A DNA stretch of 64,000 nt from the human T2T-CHM13v2.0 reference genome, Homo sapiens. The notes under the pieces were generated by a model. That model worked only from the letters and a program-made list of their open reading frames with translations. It was not told where the DNA came from and searched no databases. This document shows positions 1-14,720 of the stretch, one piece after another; within the stretch, counting starts at the first letter, position 1; the number at the start of each line of letters is the position of its first letter. The stretch lies in assembly GCF_009914755.1 (NCBI RefSeq), contig NC_060925.1. One strand, written 5' to 3'. A program made the position numbers and the translations under genes.

Positions 1-2112
1 TTTTCTTACCTCTCTATAGTCCAGTCTCTTATTTGAACATATCTCTCTTTCTTCCCCCAAATCTCCCCTCTGTCTGGAATATTATACTCTACTTCTCTGA
101 CTAGTAAAATCTAACTCAGCTTTGGAGACCCTGCTCAACGTGAAGCCCCCAGGAGAAATGTCCTCTGGTAAGAGGCCTTTCCCTACTCCTTTAATAAAAG
201 TAGACATTTTCTCTCAAGATCTCAGAGTGTACTGTCCTTATCTCTATGAAAGCACTTGCCATGCTATATTGTATTTAATGCAATGTCTGTACTTCCAAAT
301 AGACTATAACTATCTAAGGGCAGGAACTAAAGTATCTCATTTAATGTGATCATGTGTTTGTTGCATGGATAAATGAAATAAGAAGGGATTCCTGGCTGCT
401 TCTTCCAGGCCTGTATCCCTTTGTCTTTAAGCCCTGGAGGAGTCGACCCTACATTGGCAAAAAACATTTAGCATGTCCCTTCCTCTCTCTGAGTACTGCT
501 ACCTATCCTATATCCCAAGGCTATCGAATGCATATTTTAAACTTTACAGAAAATACCATGTTATTTAGTATTTTACCATTTTTAGGGTAGGGCATAGTAA
601 TGTGTTCCTATCTCTCCTATATTTTTTCTAACCAATGTTTTCTCTAATTTTTAAACCCTTTCACGGAGGCGTTTTGTATTTTAGGTGCTGTCATTCAGAG
701 TCCACAGGATGGATGAATGGATATGAAAATGAACAAACGTGTGACACAACACTGCATGATTTACCGGCAATGACTTTCTGATCAAGCCTGAAGTGGGTTG
801 TAGCCTCTTTATTTACTTTTTATTTGACACATAGCAGAGAGAGATTTAAACTATCTCTTATTGGCCTTTTCCCTGCGTCTTAGCTTGGTTTCTGTCAGTG
901 TTTCCCAGCATCGAGAAATAAGGACTAATCTGTCATATTAGATCTAAACTCTAAAAGAAAAGGACTTTGGGCCTTATATCTGCCACCCATTCTTTCAATG
1001 GAGGTGACACCCCTCATTTCTATATTTCCAGTCATCTCTCAATGAAAAGGAACATGCAGACTGGCTCGCCTTTGGAGAGCACCCCACACAGTTTTGAGGA
1101 GCTCTGCAGCTCTGCTTGCCCTTTCTGCATCACAGCAGATCCAAAAGGTGAAAAAAAAAAAAACAAAAAAAGGAGGGGGTTGGGGTGTTAGCATCCTTGC
1201 TTCCCCCACCAGCACCACACAGCTGTTTGGAGGTTTAGTCTTCAAAAGCCTCTTGATTACCATGCAAACTCTCCATGTCTTAAAAAAAAATACACACAGT
1301 ATACATGAGAATGCTAAGCATAAAATTTGAAGAATAGGCTGTTAATTCTTAGGCACATGTTATATGGTGCATATCCTTTGCCCACAGAAATATCTGGTAA
1401 GATGTACAGAAAGTATTGGTGAAATATTTCTACTTACAAATTGAGGGAAGATGGGGTAAACCCATGTCAACACAAAATTTTTTGAGATTAGAATTTTACT
1501 TTTTTTTTTCTGTCAAAAGTTATCAATTCCAATTCCAGAATGAGAGAAACCCCAGTATCTCACAGACTATTTACACATTATTTATGTGGGACCTGCTTGC
1601 TGGGTATCCCTGAGGGGGCACCAAAGAGCTATTTCTTTCTTCCTTTTTTTTTTTTTTTTTAGAGCACAAGCGTGTAAGAAATTCTGGCTGCCTGTTTCTG
1701 GGCTATTTAAATCCCAGTAGACATGCTCTCTTGTACAGACTTCCTGGGCTCAACCCAGCTCACAGGGAGCTGGGGAATCTGTATTACATTATCAGTTATT
1801 GTTTTTGGTCAAATCTAAGGACAAACATATGAAGAAGCAGAGCATGCAGCACTGGTTCAGGAGGTTCAAGCAACATTATCAGATTCTTGTTGAGAAACAA
1901 ATGGTTGTTACTGTGCCACCGCACACTGCAGACAATTCCTAGATATCGAGAGAGGTCCAAGCTAGCAACAGAGAATTTAATACTAGCTGCTGGACCGGGA
2001 CTCCTGGGCTCACTATGTTGCAGCTACAGATTCTCAGAATGCCATTTAAACTTCCTGAGTTTATCTGAGAAGTAAACCAAGGGTGTAGGTGATGAGGCAG
2101 CATTTACTGGTA

Positions 2113-2613
2113 CAGTTAGTCCCCCCTTATCCACAGTTTTGCTTTCCATGGTGTCAGTTACCCACAGTCAACCACAGTCTGAAAATGTTAAATAGAAAAT
2201 TCTAGAAATGAACAACTCATAAATTTTAAATTGCACATTGTTCTGAGCAGCATGATGAAATCTCGTGCCATCCACTCTATCTCACCCTTGAATCATCCCT
2301 TTGTCCAGCACATCCAGGCTGTATATATCGCCCACCAGTTAGTCACTCAGTACTGTCTGGGTTATCAGATTGTTGCAGTATCACAGCGCTTGTGTTCAAG
2401 TAACTCCTATTTTACTTAACAATGTAAAAGTGCAAGAGTAGTAATGCTGGTATATTGTTATAATTGTTCTATGTTATTATTAACTACTGTTAGCCTCATT
2501 AACATTTAATTTATAAATTAAACTTTATCCTAAGTATGTATGTATAGAAAAAGACATAGTAAATATAGGGTTCAGTACTATGCAGTTTGAGGCATCCAAA
2601 GGAGGGACTGCTG
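2113..2613 (+). mobile_element. MER44/Tigger7-type DNA transposon
   Basis: Termini cag(t)tagtcccccc...ggagggactgctg with TA flanks. Confidence 0.75.
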
Positions 2614-2815
2614 TACAGGCAAGGGTCCATAACCACACCCCCCAGCACACAGCTGACAGAGCATATGTTTATTGGGACATGCTCTTGAAAGAGACACCAT
2701 AATGATAATACCATCCATAATCCGGACCAATCCATGGGTCATATTTTTATCAGGCATCACTATTCCATAGTACTGCTTCTAATTGGGATAACAATTATCC
2801 ACTCACATGACTTAC

Positions 2816-2967
2816 CTTCTCAAAGTCTCGAAGAGCCTGGGTCTGTACCTGAGGGGGTTTCTCAAATGCTCTCAAGGAATATGTCTGCACAAACGGGACC
2901 TTTTCACCACTTCTCCAGATCTGTGACTGCACTGGAGGGCCTCGATCTTTAGTGTCACTAAGAAAAG
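2816..2967 (-). CDS. PDE4DIP: PDE4DIP/myomegalin (or paralog) shared coding exon 3, 152 nt, (A)FLSDTKDRGPPVQSQIWRSGEKVPFVQTYSLRAFEKPPQVQTQALRDFEK
   Basis: Minus strand ttcattgacag|CT TTT CTT...TTT GAG AAG|gtaagt. Open, phase 1 to phase 0. Peptide recognised as the myomegalin segment entering the CM1 motif. Confidence 0.92.
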
Positions 2968-3114
2968 CTGTCAATGAAACAGAACAACAAAAAAAAAAGG
3001 TTTATATAATAACAGCACTAGGATCATTCTAACTGGCACATTCCAGCAGAATTCAGTTTCTGCAAAATACAAACTCAATCTAGGCCACATAGAAACAGTT
3101 TACTTAAAGTAGTC

Positions 3115-3870
3115 TGTGGTAGATCATATTAATAGCCATCCCCAGTGAATCAAACTAGTTTGGGTCCATAGGCCTTTGCAATGTGATACTCCTGCCATTA
3201 AGAAGTAGAGCCTATTTCCCCAACTCTTGAATCTGGGTTGGCAAAGTGGCTTGCCTTGACTGGCAGAATATGATATAAATGCTACTGTATGAGTTCCAGA
3301 GACTAGCTTTGAGAGGCCTTGCATTTCTGCTCTTGCCTTATTAGCATCCCAAGACAACCATGCTGTGAAGAAGTCGGTCTACCCCACTGGAGAAGGAAAG
3401 GCTGTTCAGGGAAGTGAAGATGCCCCAGCTGACAGTCACCACCTGCCAGACATGTGAGCAAGGCTGTCTGAGACCTTCAGTCTCAGTCAAGTCATCAGAA
3501 AGTTGCAGCCAGTTGAGTGATCCCAAGTGAGACCAGCAGCGATAATGCCCAGTTTGCCAAAACAGAATTGTGAGAAATAATAAATCATTGTTGTTTTAAG
3601 CCAGGTGTGGGCAGACATTTTCTTAAAGGACCAGACAGTGTTTTAGGCTTGTGGGTCATATCATCTCTGGCACAGGTACTCAACTCTACCCTGTAACACA
3701 GAGGAGACACAGACCATGTGTAAATGAATGAGTGTCACTGTGTGGCTATAAATCTTTACTTATAAAAACTGACTGTTGGCTCATGGGCTGTAGTTTGCTG
3801 CTGACCCCTGTTTTAAGTCACTAAGTTTTGGGATGGTTTGTCACATAACAAAAGGTAACCAAAACAGTCT
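3115..3870 (+). mobile_element. MLT1-type solo LTR, interrupted by MER58A
   Basis: tgtggtag start and typical MLT1 3' end (aataaatcattgttgttttaag...ctaagttttggg). Confidence 0.7.
3602..3810 (+). mobile_element. MER58A hAT-Charlie MITE
   Basis: cagg...cctg termini and 8-bp TSD ttttaagc/ttttaagt. Confidence 0.8.
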
Positions 3871-4645
3871 AAAGGAAAGAACCAAGCTGCTAGCAAACTA
3901 TCTCTACCGATAATTTTTCAGGTTACTATTTAGTAATAGTAACAATTATAACAGCCAACATATTTAAAGGGCATTACATGTTACAAAATAGTTTCACATG
4001 AATTATTTCATTTATGAAGTCGCTGCAATCAGTGAAATAGACATAAGTGATTATTAAGTCCATTTTACTGATGAATAAGTAAAGATTCAGAAAGTTTGCT
4101 TGACCAAGATCACATTGCTAAAAAGTGGCAGAACCAATGCCATATTTTCTCCATCTGTCTTTCTTAGCAGTATGCTACTACTGTGTTATTTTAGCAATTA
4201 AAGGGATTGCAATAGGTCTGAGAGTGGGGAAAACAGGTAAAGAGGCAGAGACTCAATCACTCCATTAACCAATGGAAGCATTGCTTTGGGAGAACCTAGT
4301 GGAATCTAAGCTGTAATTAACCCTATGCTTGCTTTTGAGAAGTAACATTGTTAAAGAATGAGAAATCAACCCTGCCTCATGTTGGGGCAGGGTTGGAGTT
4401 ACAGACAGGTAGAAAACATAGAAAGCTACATACTTTCTTGGCTGACAGAAGGAAATAATGAACTTTTATTATGGAACTATTTTTTAAATAAGAAGACAGT
4501 CATGGCAAAGCATTAAGCGCTACAGACAGTGTCAGGGCAAGTAAGAGCAAAACAGGTACTGGGTGACTGCCTGGCTGAGGAAAAGTTAACTAAACACTTG
4601 GGGAAAGGAGATCCAAGGGAGTAAGAGGCAAAATGCCTTTGCATG

Positions 4646-4870
4646 CTTTTCTTCCGATCTCTTTTTCTTTCTCTCCTTCTCACTCTCTCCCTTCCTTCCT
4701 TTCTTCCTTTCTCTTTCTTTTTTTTTCTCTTTTCCCCCACCTCTCTGCCTGCCTCCTTCCTTCCCTCCCCTCCCCTCCCTTCCCCCTCCCTCCCTCCCTC
4801 CCTTCCTTCCTTCCTTCCTTCCTCCCCTCCCTCCTCTCTCCCTCCTTCCCTGCCTTCTTTCCTTCGTTCT
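4646..4870. repeat. Polypyrimidine low-complexity tract (CCTT/CCCT/CCCCT)
   Basis: About 220 nt almost purine-free on the + strand. Confidence 0.95.
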
Positions 4871-5981
4871 GCCAACTTGCCAGAAGGAGCCCAAGAAAAA
4901 GCACCCAGATGCTTCAGTCAACTTCTTAGAATTCTTCTTTTTTTTATGTTCAGAAAAGATGGAAATTCATTTCTGCTAAAGAGAAAGAAAAAATTTGAAG
5001 ACAGGGTGAAGGTGAACAGGCCCATTATAAGAAAGAAACAAAAATCTATATTCTGTCTACAAGGAAACGAGAGAGAGAAAGAGAGAGAAGAAAGAAGTTC
5101 CAGGATTCTAATGTACCAAAGGGATCTCCTTTTTCTTGTTTTGTTCTGAAAATTTCACCAAAAGAGCACAGGAGAACATCTTGGCTAATTCATTGGCGAT
5201 GATGTAAGAAAACTGAGAGAAATGAAAGAAATGAAGAATTACTGTTGCAGATAATATACAGCCTTGAGGAAAGAAAGGCTTTTAAGATTATAGATATAAA
5301 GGCTATTGCTGTATTCTGGGATAAAAGAAAGTCTGATGCAGGGAAAGGGGAAGTTGGAAAAACTGGAAAAAGAAAAAAGAAGAAAAGAAAAAAAGGACTG
5401 GAAAGACATTGGTGAATAGAAAGATGAAAAGGGTGAAGAAAAAAATGATGATAGTCAATAGGGTGGTTTTAAAAGAGGCTTTTGTTTTATTAATTTGTTT
5501 TTGTGTGAGTGTGTGTGTATGTGTTTGTTTTTTGCCTAAAAGTATTTAACTCCCCATTACACCACTGATTTCAAAGAAAAAAAGCTGAAATGTAAGATCA
5601 TATGATTTGTTTTTAAACTGAACACTGTATACTGTCTTTTTATTTTTGCAAAATTAATGTAGTATCCAGTGTGTCTTTAGATAACCCTGTCCTTAATGAT
5701 ATTTTCAATAGCCACTAACCTTGCCTGGTACTGTTTCGGGGTTTAAACTAGAACAGAAATCTAAGGCAGGCTTTATTAGTGCATAGTACAAATCAATTAC
5801 ATATATATGGAGATATTATTTTTCCCTCTTCAATTGTTTTTCATGCAGCTTACCCAATATAATTGTTCTGTTAGTTGTACACTACTCTGTGATAGCAAAT
5901 AATAATAATAAAATAATTATGATGATATTGCCCCTGTTTTGGTGATATTCTGAATGTTTATACGTAAATGCAAAATTTTTA

Positions 5982-6330
<349 letters not shown>

Positions 6331-7088
6331 TTAGGTGAAATTAAATATACTACTAAGGGGAAGATAATCTGATAAAACAGAATAACAATACATTACAGTT
6401 AGATTGGTGGATATGATAGAAAGAGCAATGCCTTGAGGCTTGGATTTGAATCCTGACCACTTGCTAATTGTGGGAATTTAGGCAAATCTCTTAATTTTGC
6501 TGATATATTGCCTCTGTAAAACAGGGGTAATAATATCTGCTTTATAGAACTGTTCTATGGATTAAATAAAATAATAAAAGCACCTTGCCACATGTATTAT
6601 ATGTAGTAAGCATTTTATCCATTCCCCTCACATTTTTGCCCTAGTCCTTCAATTTTTGCCTCAAAATGTAGAATATTGACATTTAAAATGTTGAGCACAG
6701 TAACCCTTGGAATTTGTGGATTTAACACACATTTCAAATACTAATTTTAAGTGACTCTGAAATTCTTAACTTATTCAAATTAAAAACTTTTTTCCAAATT
6801 GTGCATATAAACAATCTGTGCTTCCAGGCTGTTATGAAAAAGGCAAAGAACTTAGCAAGGAAGTAAAACCCTCAGGTCGAGAACAAGTTTTGTGGAAAAT
6901 AGACCCCCAAAGAATATTATCTTCCCTTTGGTTTTGCAATTCAGGTAGATCTCTGGCTAATGTTAGTGCAGTAATAATTGTGCTGTTGTTAGGAATACAT
7001 TAATAGTAACAATAGATAAGATACAGAGTGCTTATTCCTTGATAGCCTCTGTACTAAAAGCTTTTCTCAATCTCACCTATGAGATTAA

Positions 7089-7426
<338 letters not shown>

Positions 7427-7770
7427 TATTATACCCATTTTAATGGTGTATTAAGATAAAGATTTCATTTTAGTAACATAATTTATTTTAATCATTGTAC
7501 AAGTGAGTTTAGCCTTGCAATTACAGAATCGTTAAAAGTATGAAGAATTCACATAAGTATCTGTAATGATTTACTGTACTATGCTGCTTCTCAGTACATA
7601 GAATTATAGCTAGCTGATAATTCTCGTGTGAAATTGCTACAGTAGTATGTGCTAATTTGGAAATTCACAAAAGTTTGAAGATATTGCCATGATGAATTTA
7701 AAGAGGCCATAATTCAAGAGAATTAAGATCAATAGAAAACCAAGAATTGGCCAAGTGCCAATTTCTCTCA

Positions 7771-8050
<280 letters not shown>

Positions 8051-8080
8051 TTAACAAAGCAAGGCCCACAGCATCCTTAC

Positions 8081-8136
8081 CTGCTGTGTGACTCGTTCTG
8101 GGTACCATCTCCCCATCATCCTCTGCAAAATAATCT
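8081..8136 (-). CDS. PDE4DIP: PDE4DIP shared coding exon 2, 56 nt, (R)DYFAEDDGEMVPRTSHTA(A)
   Basis: tttgcctccacag|A GAT TAT...ACA GCA G|gtaagg. Phase 2 to phase 1, in frame with both first exons and with exon 3. Confidence 0.92.
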
Positions 8137-8224
8137 CTGTGGAGGCAAACACATCATTAATTAATGAGATACTACCCCACAAGGCTCCCATCCCAGGGAT
8201 CGAGGAGAAGACACCTACCTATTT

Positions 8225-9500
8225 GTCATTTCTATTTATCTCTCTGCAAGTATTTACTAAGCTTCTATTATGTATCAGGGACCGTGTCAAGTGCTAGGGA
8301 TACAAAGGCAAACACCACAGAAGAGTTCCTATTCTCAATAAGTACATGAGAGCCAGCCATTAAATAATTTCACAAGAATTAACTACTATTGTAGTAAATG
8401 TTGTGAAGGAAAATGCAGAGGGAACTTAACTAGCACAGGGACTCAGAGAAACTCAGGGAAAGGAACATTTAAACGTAGATGGGAGGATGTCAACCAGGTG
8501 TAGAATGGGAGAATGGGAGTGGAAGAGTGTTCCATCATGAGAGAACAGCAAAGGCCCTGAGTCAGAAAGGACTCTGGCCTGTTAGAGGAACAAAGAAAGC
8601 CAATGTTGCAACCAGGCCACGCAGGACCTTGTGGTATGGGGTAAGGCCACTGAGTCTAATGTGAAAAGCTATGGGAAATCAATGAAGGATTTTAAATTAA
8701 GGAAAGAATGGTAATGATCAGATTTATATTTTAGATAGGTCATTCCAGCTGCATTCTGGCTCTACACAGTGAGACTGTGGAGGGGCAAAAATGGATGGTG
8801 AGAATCTATATTCCAAATAGGAAGTTGTGATGGTTTAACAAAGGGGAAATTTTAAAAATTTGAGATATGTTTAGAAAGTAGAATTGACACAGAAACCTTG
8901 AAAAACAGACAAAGTTTATGAGTGGAAATGTTAATAACACCATGATTCAGTAGCAAGAGGTGTATCTGTTCAGCATAGTAAATACCACCATCCCTAGCAG
9001 AGAGGGGACAGTATCTCAAAATGTATTCAACAAATACTTCTCAAGCCCATGCTTGACAAGTGCTTTTAGGCACTGTTGTAAGCTCCACAAATGTAGCAGT
9101 GAGCAAAACAGACAAAAATCCCTGCACTCATGGAATTTTTACAGTAAGGGGAGACAAATAAATAAATTGTATAGTAGCAGTTGGGAACAAGTGCTATAAA
9201 AAAAGTAAAGTGGGGAATGTGGATAGGGAGAGCTGGAGGTAGGAGGAGGTAGAGGGGATTGCAATTTTCAGTAGACAAGGCTGCTCTATGAAGCCATAAG
9301 GACAGGCATGGGGGTCTCTAGGGAAAGAGTCTTCTAAGCAGAGAACATAAAATGCAAAGGTCCATAAGAGGGAGCATACTAGTTAGTGGCTGGGTGCAGT
9401 GAGCACGTGGTGAGCAGTAGGAGGTGAGGTCAGGGAAGTAATGGGAAGACTGGGCAGGGGGCGCAGACTGTTTGAAGCCTTTCAAGACATGGAGAGGCAT
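8225..9500. mobile_element. LINE-2 fragments
   Basis: tatttactaagc / tattcaacaaatac L2 3'-end-like motifs followed by purine-rich L2 body. Boundaries approximate. Confidence 0.55.
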
Positions 9501-9730
9501 TTAGCCACTAGAGTCTTGTGAATCAAAAAGAAAGACGGACTCAGTGACTAATATTTTAAAGGGGGACTGTCTACTGTCTTGACAACTGACTGTCTGATGG
9601 GGATGTCAGAAACAGATGATTTCAATAAACCTACAGAAAGATGCTTTCAATAGGTAGCTTATTCTTTAAACTCTTGGGGGCTCCCAAGAATTCTGTAAAC
9701 AGAGATGTAGAGGACTTCTCTCTTTCTCTC

Positions 9731-10031
9731 TTTTTTTTTTTTTTTTTTTTGAGACAGAGTTTTGCTTTTGTTGCCCAGGCTGGAGTGCATGGCACGATCT
9801 CGGCTCACCACAACCTCCGCCTCCCAGGTTCAAGCGATTCTCCTGCCCCAGCCTCCCCAGTAGCTGGGATTACAGGTGCCTGCCACCATGCCCAGCTAAT
9901 TTTGTATTTTTAGTAGAGGCGGGGTTTCTCCGTGTTGGTCAGGCTGGTCTCGAACTCCTGACCTCAGGTGATCCGCCCGCCTCGGCCTCCCAAAGTGCAG
10001 AGGTTACAGGCATGAGCCACTGTGCCCAGCC
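9731..10031 (-). mobile_element. AluSp/Sq-like
   Basis: Full dimer, TSD aggacttctct. Confidence 0.95.
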
Positions 10032-11534
10032 TACAGGACTTCTCTTTTTAAAAGCCAGAAGATATTCACAGGGAGGCAGAGGAGGACCTGGCATTTGCTT
10101 GGAAATTGGTGGTTTTTTCTTCCCTGCCTCAGGGCTGGATCTTGGCAGAAATCTTCACTTTGTTAAGTCCCAGATGGACATGAAAATACCAGACAGGGCA
10201 CATCGGGCTACACATGCCACCTGACAATTATTTCGTATCCAAAAGTAGATCACCAGCTTGTGATTCTTCCAGGCCCCCTGCCTCTTTCCCTTCTCCTCCT
10301 TAAAAGCTTTCCCTGAGAGTAAACAATGCCAAAGAGGAATGTACTACGTATGCACTCCCCTCTGTGGAGGTAAAATAGGAGAAGGATGTCAAAACCATCA
10401 ACCAGAACAATGTCTTAAAAAAATCTGTGGGGAAAAAATTTATACTTAGCTGCTGCTATTCACTGAGCATTTCTGCCTAGTCCACAGACAAAGGTGGCTG
10501 CATCTGCTGTCAGGAGCAAGGTCAACCCTCGGGCCAAATTCAGCCCATCCGACATGTTTTATTTAGCCCACACAAGTTTGACCCACTTCTAACTGCTCTT
10601 GGGAAATGAGTGGGTCTGCCAACACTGGGCCTGCCTTCCCACACAGCGGGAGAACTTGCCCCCTTTACACAGGACAGGGATGTGTTTTCCAGTTTGCCAC
10701 AGTCCCTGCCACTCCCTGTCCTTGTCGTCCCTCATTCACTTAATTATGATACTTGCCTGGCATCTTGCAGGTTTCTGATGCTGTTACCCCAGTATAGACC
10801 AAGTGCAGACAGAATTTCATTTCTGCTTTATTAAGACACAGTCTTGAGAAACCCATTGGCTTCACACACAATTAATTAATTTGTGGCAACAAGCTACTAT
10901 ATTGGCTTGCATGTCACTTTCACCTCTCTGGGCATTAGTTTTCTCTAATATTTATAAAAGAAGGACATGACTTTCTAAGGTTCCTTGCAGTAATTATGCA
11001 ACTCTATTCTAATAGATGCTTAAACATAAAACCCATTTTAATACTGTCCAAGGATCCAGGATACCTTCCAGACATGATCTCACTCAATCTTCTCTGCTCT
11101 GCAGATTGCACATTATAGGTCAAGAGCAAGCTACAACACAGCAATACATATCAGCCCTACCAGACACCTCACCCTTCCCGCATCACCCACACCCACTCTG
11201 AGCACACTGCCTGCCTGATATGAATCAATAACTGGAAGGATAGAGAGGTCACTTTAGATGGGTACTGAGTTAATAAGCATACTCGCAGTGTCTCAGGAGA
11301 TTTTTAAGAAATCACTTTAGCTCTATTAACAGCTCAAGTTCCCTCTCTTATTGCCAGAGAAAGGGGCTCACTCAGCTGCTCCACAAGTTACAAAGGAATC
11401 TGACGCTCCCCAAGGGAAGGGGCTCAGAGTGGAGAAACACAGAGTATAAGTCTAAGGGGTTGCAATTTGTGACAACATTTGATAAACCAAAGTGCAAGGA
11501 GAATTGGGGTATGGTAGAGACAGACTCCAAGCAT

Positions 11535-11537
<3 letters not shown>

Positions 11538-11583
<46 letters not shown>
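11538..11583. repeat. (CA)n microsatellite
   Basis: About 23 perfect units. Confidence 0.98.
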
Positions 11584-11585
<2 letters not shown>

Positions 11586-12950
11586 GTGGTAATATATGTT
11601 GGTACATTCTTTCGTATTACCCAAGTTCAGAAAAAAATTTTATATCCTTGTCCTAGTTTCTCAAATTCAAGTGTCTCTAGCTTTTTAAAATATCAATCCA
11701 TGAATGACTCATGCTCAGCTAATATGTGGTTCGCCAGGCCACTTTTAGCTCTCCTGCATTTCCATATATAATCTTTCTCCCATGATGCTTTCACTTAAAA
11801 TTTTGCTTTTTCTGTATAAATGAATTATATTTTTCCTCAGTGTCTTACCTTGTCTTTCTCCCTACGTCATCAATCTGCTAATGACAATACCAATTCCACT
11901 AAAACCACATATATTAATATTCTCACCAGGACATTATTTTGCTTTTGGAAGTACCAAGCATTTTCCAAGTACAACCTACTCACAAGCTGTTCACCTGCTT
12001 GATTTCTGCATGGTATATCACTCATATTTTCTTGAGTTGCTGATAAGTAGCTATTAAGATATTAGACTCAAATAATACATCAACATTCAATATCCCATAT
12101 TACTTGGTTTTTCTATGGCTTTCCAGGGTGATTAAGTTGAGAATGATCAGGAAATAATTGCTTCTCTGAAGGCCATCTGCCACCCCCTGATATTCTGACA
12201 TTCTCAAACTGTCCTGTGATGATTTCTTCCAGTAATTTTCTAAGAATGGTAGTTTCATTTATGGCCAGGGTTATCCAAAACACTCAGTTTTGCTTTACTT
12301 GAAACTGGCCACTGATATAGCTCCTTTCAAGATTCAAGCATCTCATTGGTCCCACTAGTCTAGTTTCTCATAACATTGTGGGGAGGGGTAGACACTTGGG
12401 TTTCTTCTTGCTTAGGAGCCTGCAGAGAGAGATATTTTCTATAAGGCAGGTATAGACCTTCCTCCGTAAACTGTTATTTCTGGTATTATTTTCTTGTATT
12501 TTAGTCTGTCTAATTTGTGGACTGAGAGGAACAACAGATCATATGAATGAATCATCTCATTCAAAAGCAATGACAAGATGGTAATCATCATTACAAAGCA
12601 GGTTCTATGAGTCTTTGAACAGTATGAGATATTTGTATTGTAGGACCAAAATCACCACTAAAACTATTTCTAAGGTACTGATGCCTGTCTAGGCTCCATA
12701 CTTTCTTCTCTCCAGTCTCACCTACTAAAATAATTAACCTAAGGTTATTTATTCCCATATGAGTGTCTAAACTCCCAAAGGAATGGTAATTTTCAGGCCC
12801 TCTCTTCAGGCCAATCACATGTATTTAGTTTGTTCTGAGAACCACATAGTCTGGCCCTCCTACTTCATCACTAACCACCACCCTTGCTTAACATTTCTAA
12901 GCCTGAAGACCAGGGCCATCTCCCAGAGGCATTTTCTAGCTTTCAAGCTT

Positions 12951-12953
<3 letters not shown>

Positions 12954-13015
<62 letters not shown>
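12954..13015. repeat. (TA)n microsatellite
   Basis: About 30 perfect units. Confidence 0.98.
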
Positions 13016-13020
<5 letters not shown>

Positions 13021-14504
13021 ATTATGAACAAAAATTCAGAAGGAGAAAAAACAATCTGCTATAGCAATACCTAGAGCGAAAACCTGGGCCTTCATTGCTA
13101 TTTTTAGGGTTTTTATAATTCCATTTTGTAAACATTTATTGAGAAGTTGCTTTTATGCCAGGTACTGGAAATACAAAGGTGAAAAAGTATATATACCCTG
13201 TGGTTAAAGTACTCAGAATCTATTGAGGGAAGCAGGCACATGATTCAGAGAGATAATTATTAGAAAAATTAGATTTAACAGAGATTTCAGAACATAAATA
13301 AGATAGCAATTAATTTTGTCCTGGTGGGGAGTGGGCTGGGACAGGGTGGTTGGTGGAGGGGTCTAGGACATTTACAGAAAACAGATAACACTGAATCTAG
13401 GTCTTAAAGGATGGGTGTAAATACACAAGGAAACATAGCAAAGACCCAATTATAGGAAAATGAACGGTGTGTTCAGGGGGCTTTCATTTTGTTTTCCCCT
13501 TCCCAACCACCCCGCTCCATCTTCCCCCCACCCTGAGGAGCCCTAAACTGCCTCCTAGGACATCTTCCAACTTCCTGTTTACCTTTCCCCCTCCTCAAGC
13601 CTTCCTCCCCAAGCGCTCACCCTCAGGTGGGAATATGAAGGGAAGCCAAGGGTGAAATTGTTTCTTCATTTGCACCTCCCTCCTCAAACACTATAGCTTA
13701 GAAACCCCCAAAATGATTTAAAATAATGTCAGCAAGAAAGGGGCTAAGATTTGCACTATTGTGAAAATACCCATAGAAACAAACTAGAAAAGAACCCAGA
13801 GAAATGAAAAGTCTGGAGGTTTAGAGTGGCGGAAAATATACTGAGCATCCTCCCCCTTTTTTTCTTACTATTTTTGCCAAAAGGCTAATTCTTATTTTTA
13901 AAAAGTTTGAATAATCTATTTTTATTGAATTTACATTGCTCTTCCTAATTAATGACCTTGATAAAAGATGAACTATGGAAAGGATTCGGCTCGGTGTGGC
14001 CTCTCAAACAGTGAGGGGCATGTGGCATGACAGCAAGACTGCTGAAGTTTGCTCTTTCTTGGGGTCCTCACAGGAGTAGGCATTGAACCAAATGCAGATT
14101 CTGTTCCAATTCCCATATTCTTGGAGCTCATTTAACATGAGTTGCTGGTTTCTGTTTCAAATGAAATAAATTTTTCAAACGTTCCAAGATGCATTTTTCC
14201 TATTTTTAATTTACAGCTATATTCAACTGTGGCAAACACAAAAGGGTCAGAATGAGAAGAACTGTGGCCTATTTTTTAATATGGGAAGCTCTGGCCCTGA
14301 CAGTTTATAAATGGTAAGATTTTAGAAATAGTGTCAACTTAAAAACAAAGACATCTACAGTTAACAATTTCTGGACTGCTGGTGCATAATTTTATAATTC
14401 CACAGGTTTTCTTGCACTGGAATTTTCCTCAATACTAATCTTGTATTAAATGAACATATTATTATCATGGACAACCATCACCACTCACCACCAATGCTGC
14501 CTCT

Positions 14505-14720
14505 GCAATTTACTGAATGCCTGATACTTTCTAGGCATCAGTTCATTCAGTCATCATAGAATCCTGTGAAGTACGTCATACAATCCCTGTTTACAGATGA
14601 GGAAACAAGGGGCCTGGAAGGATAAAGTAATTTGCCCAAGATCGCACAGCTAGTTGGTGTCAGAGCCTGAACTTGAAAACTGTCTATTTGACTCCAAACT
14701 TTTACTCTTCCCAATATGCC
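14505..14720 (-). mobile_element. MIR
   Basis: MIR core ttacagatgaggaaac...ttgcccaagatcgcacagctag. Confidence 0.75.

Noticed and set aside
4513-5149. Several 74-168 aa ORFs
   Set aside because: Translations of simple repeats.
13098-13107. Perfect MEF2 site CTATTTTTAG in a muscle-expressed gene
   Set aside because: A few such 10-mers are expected by chance in 64 kb of AT-rich DNA, and no supporting motif cluster was identified.
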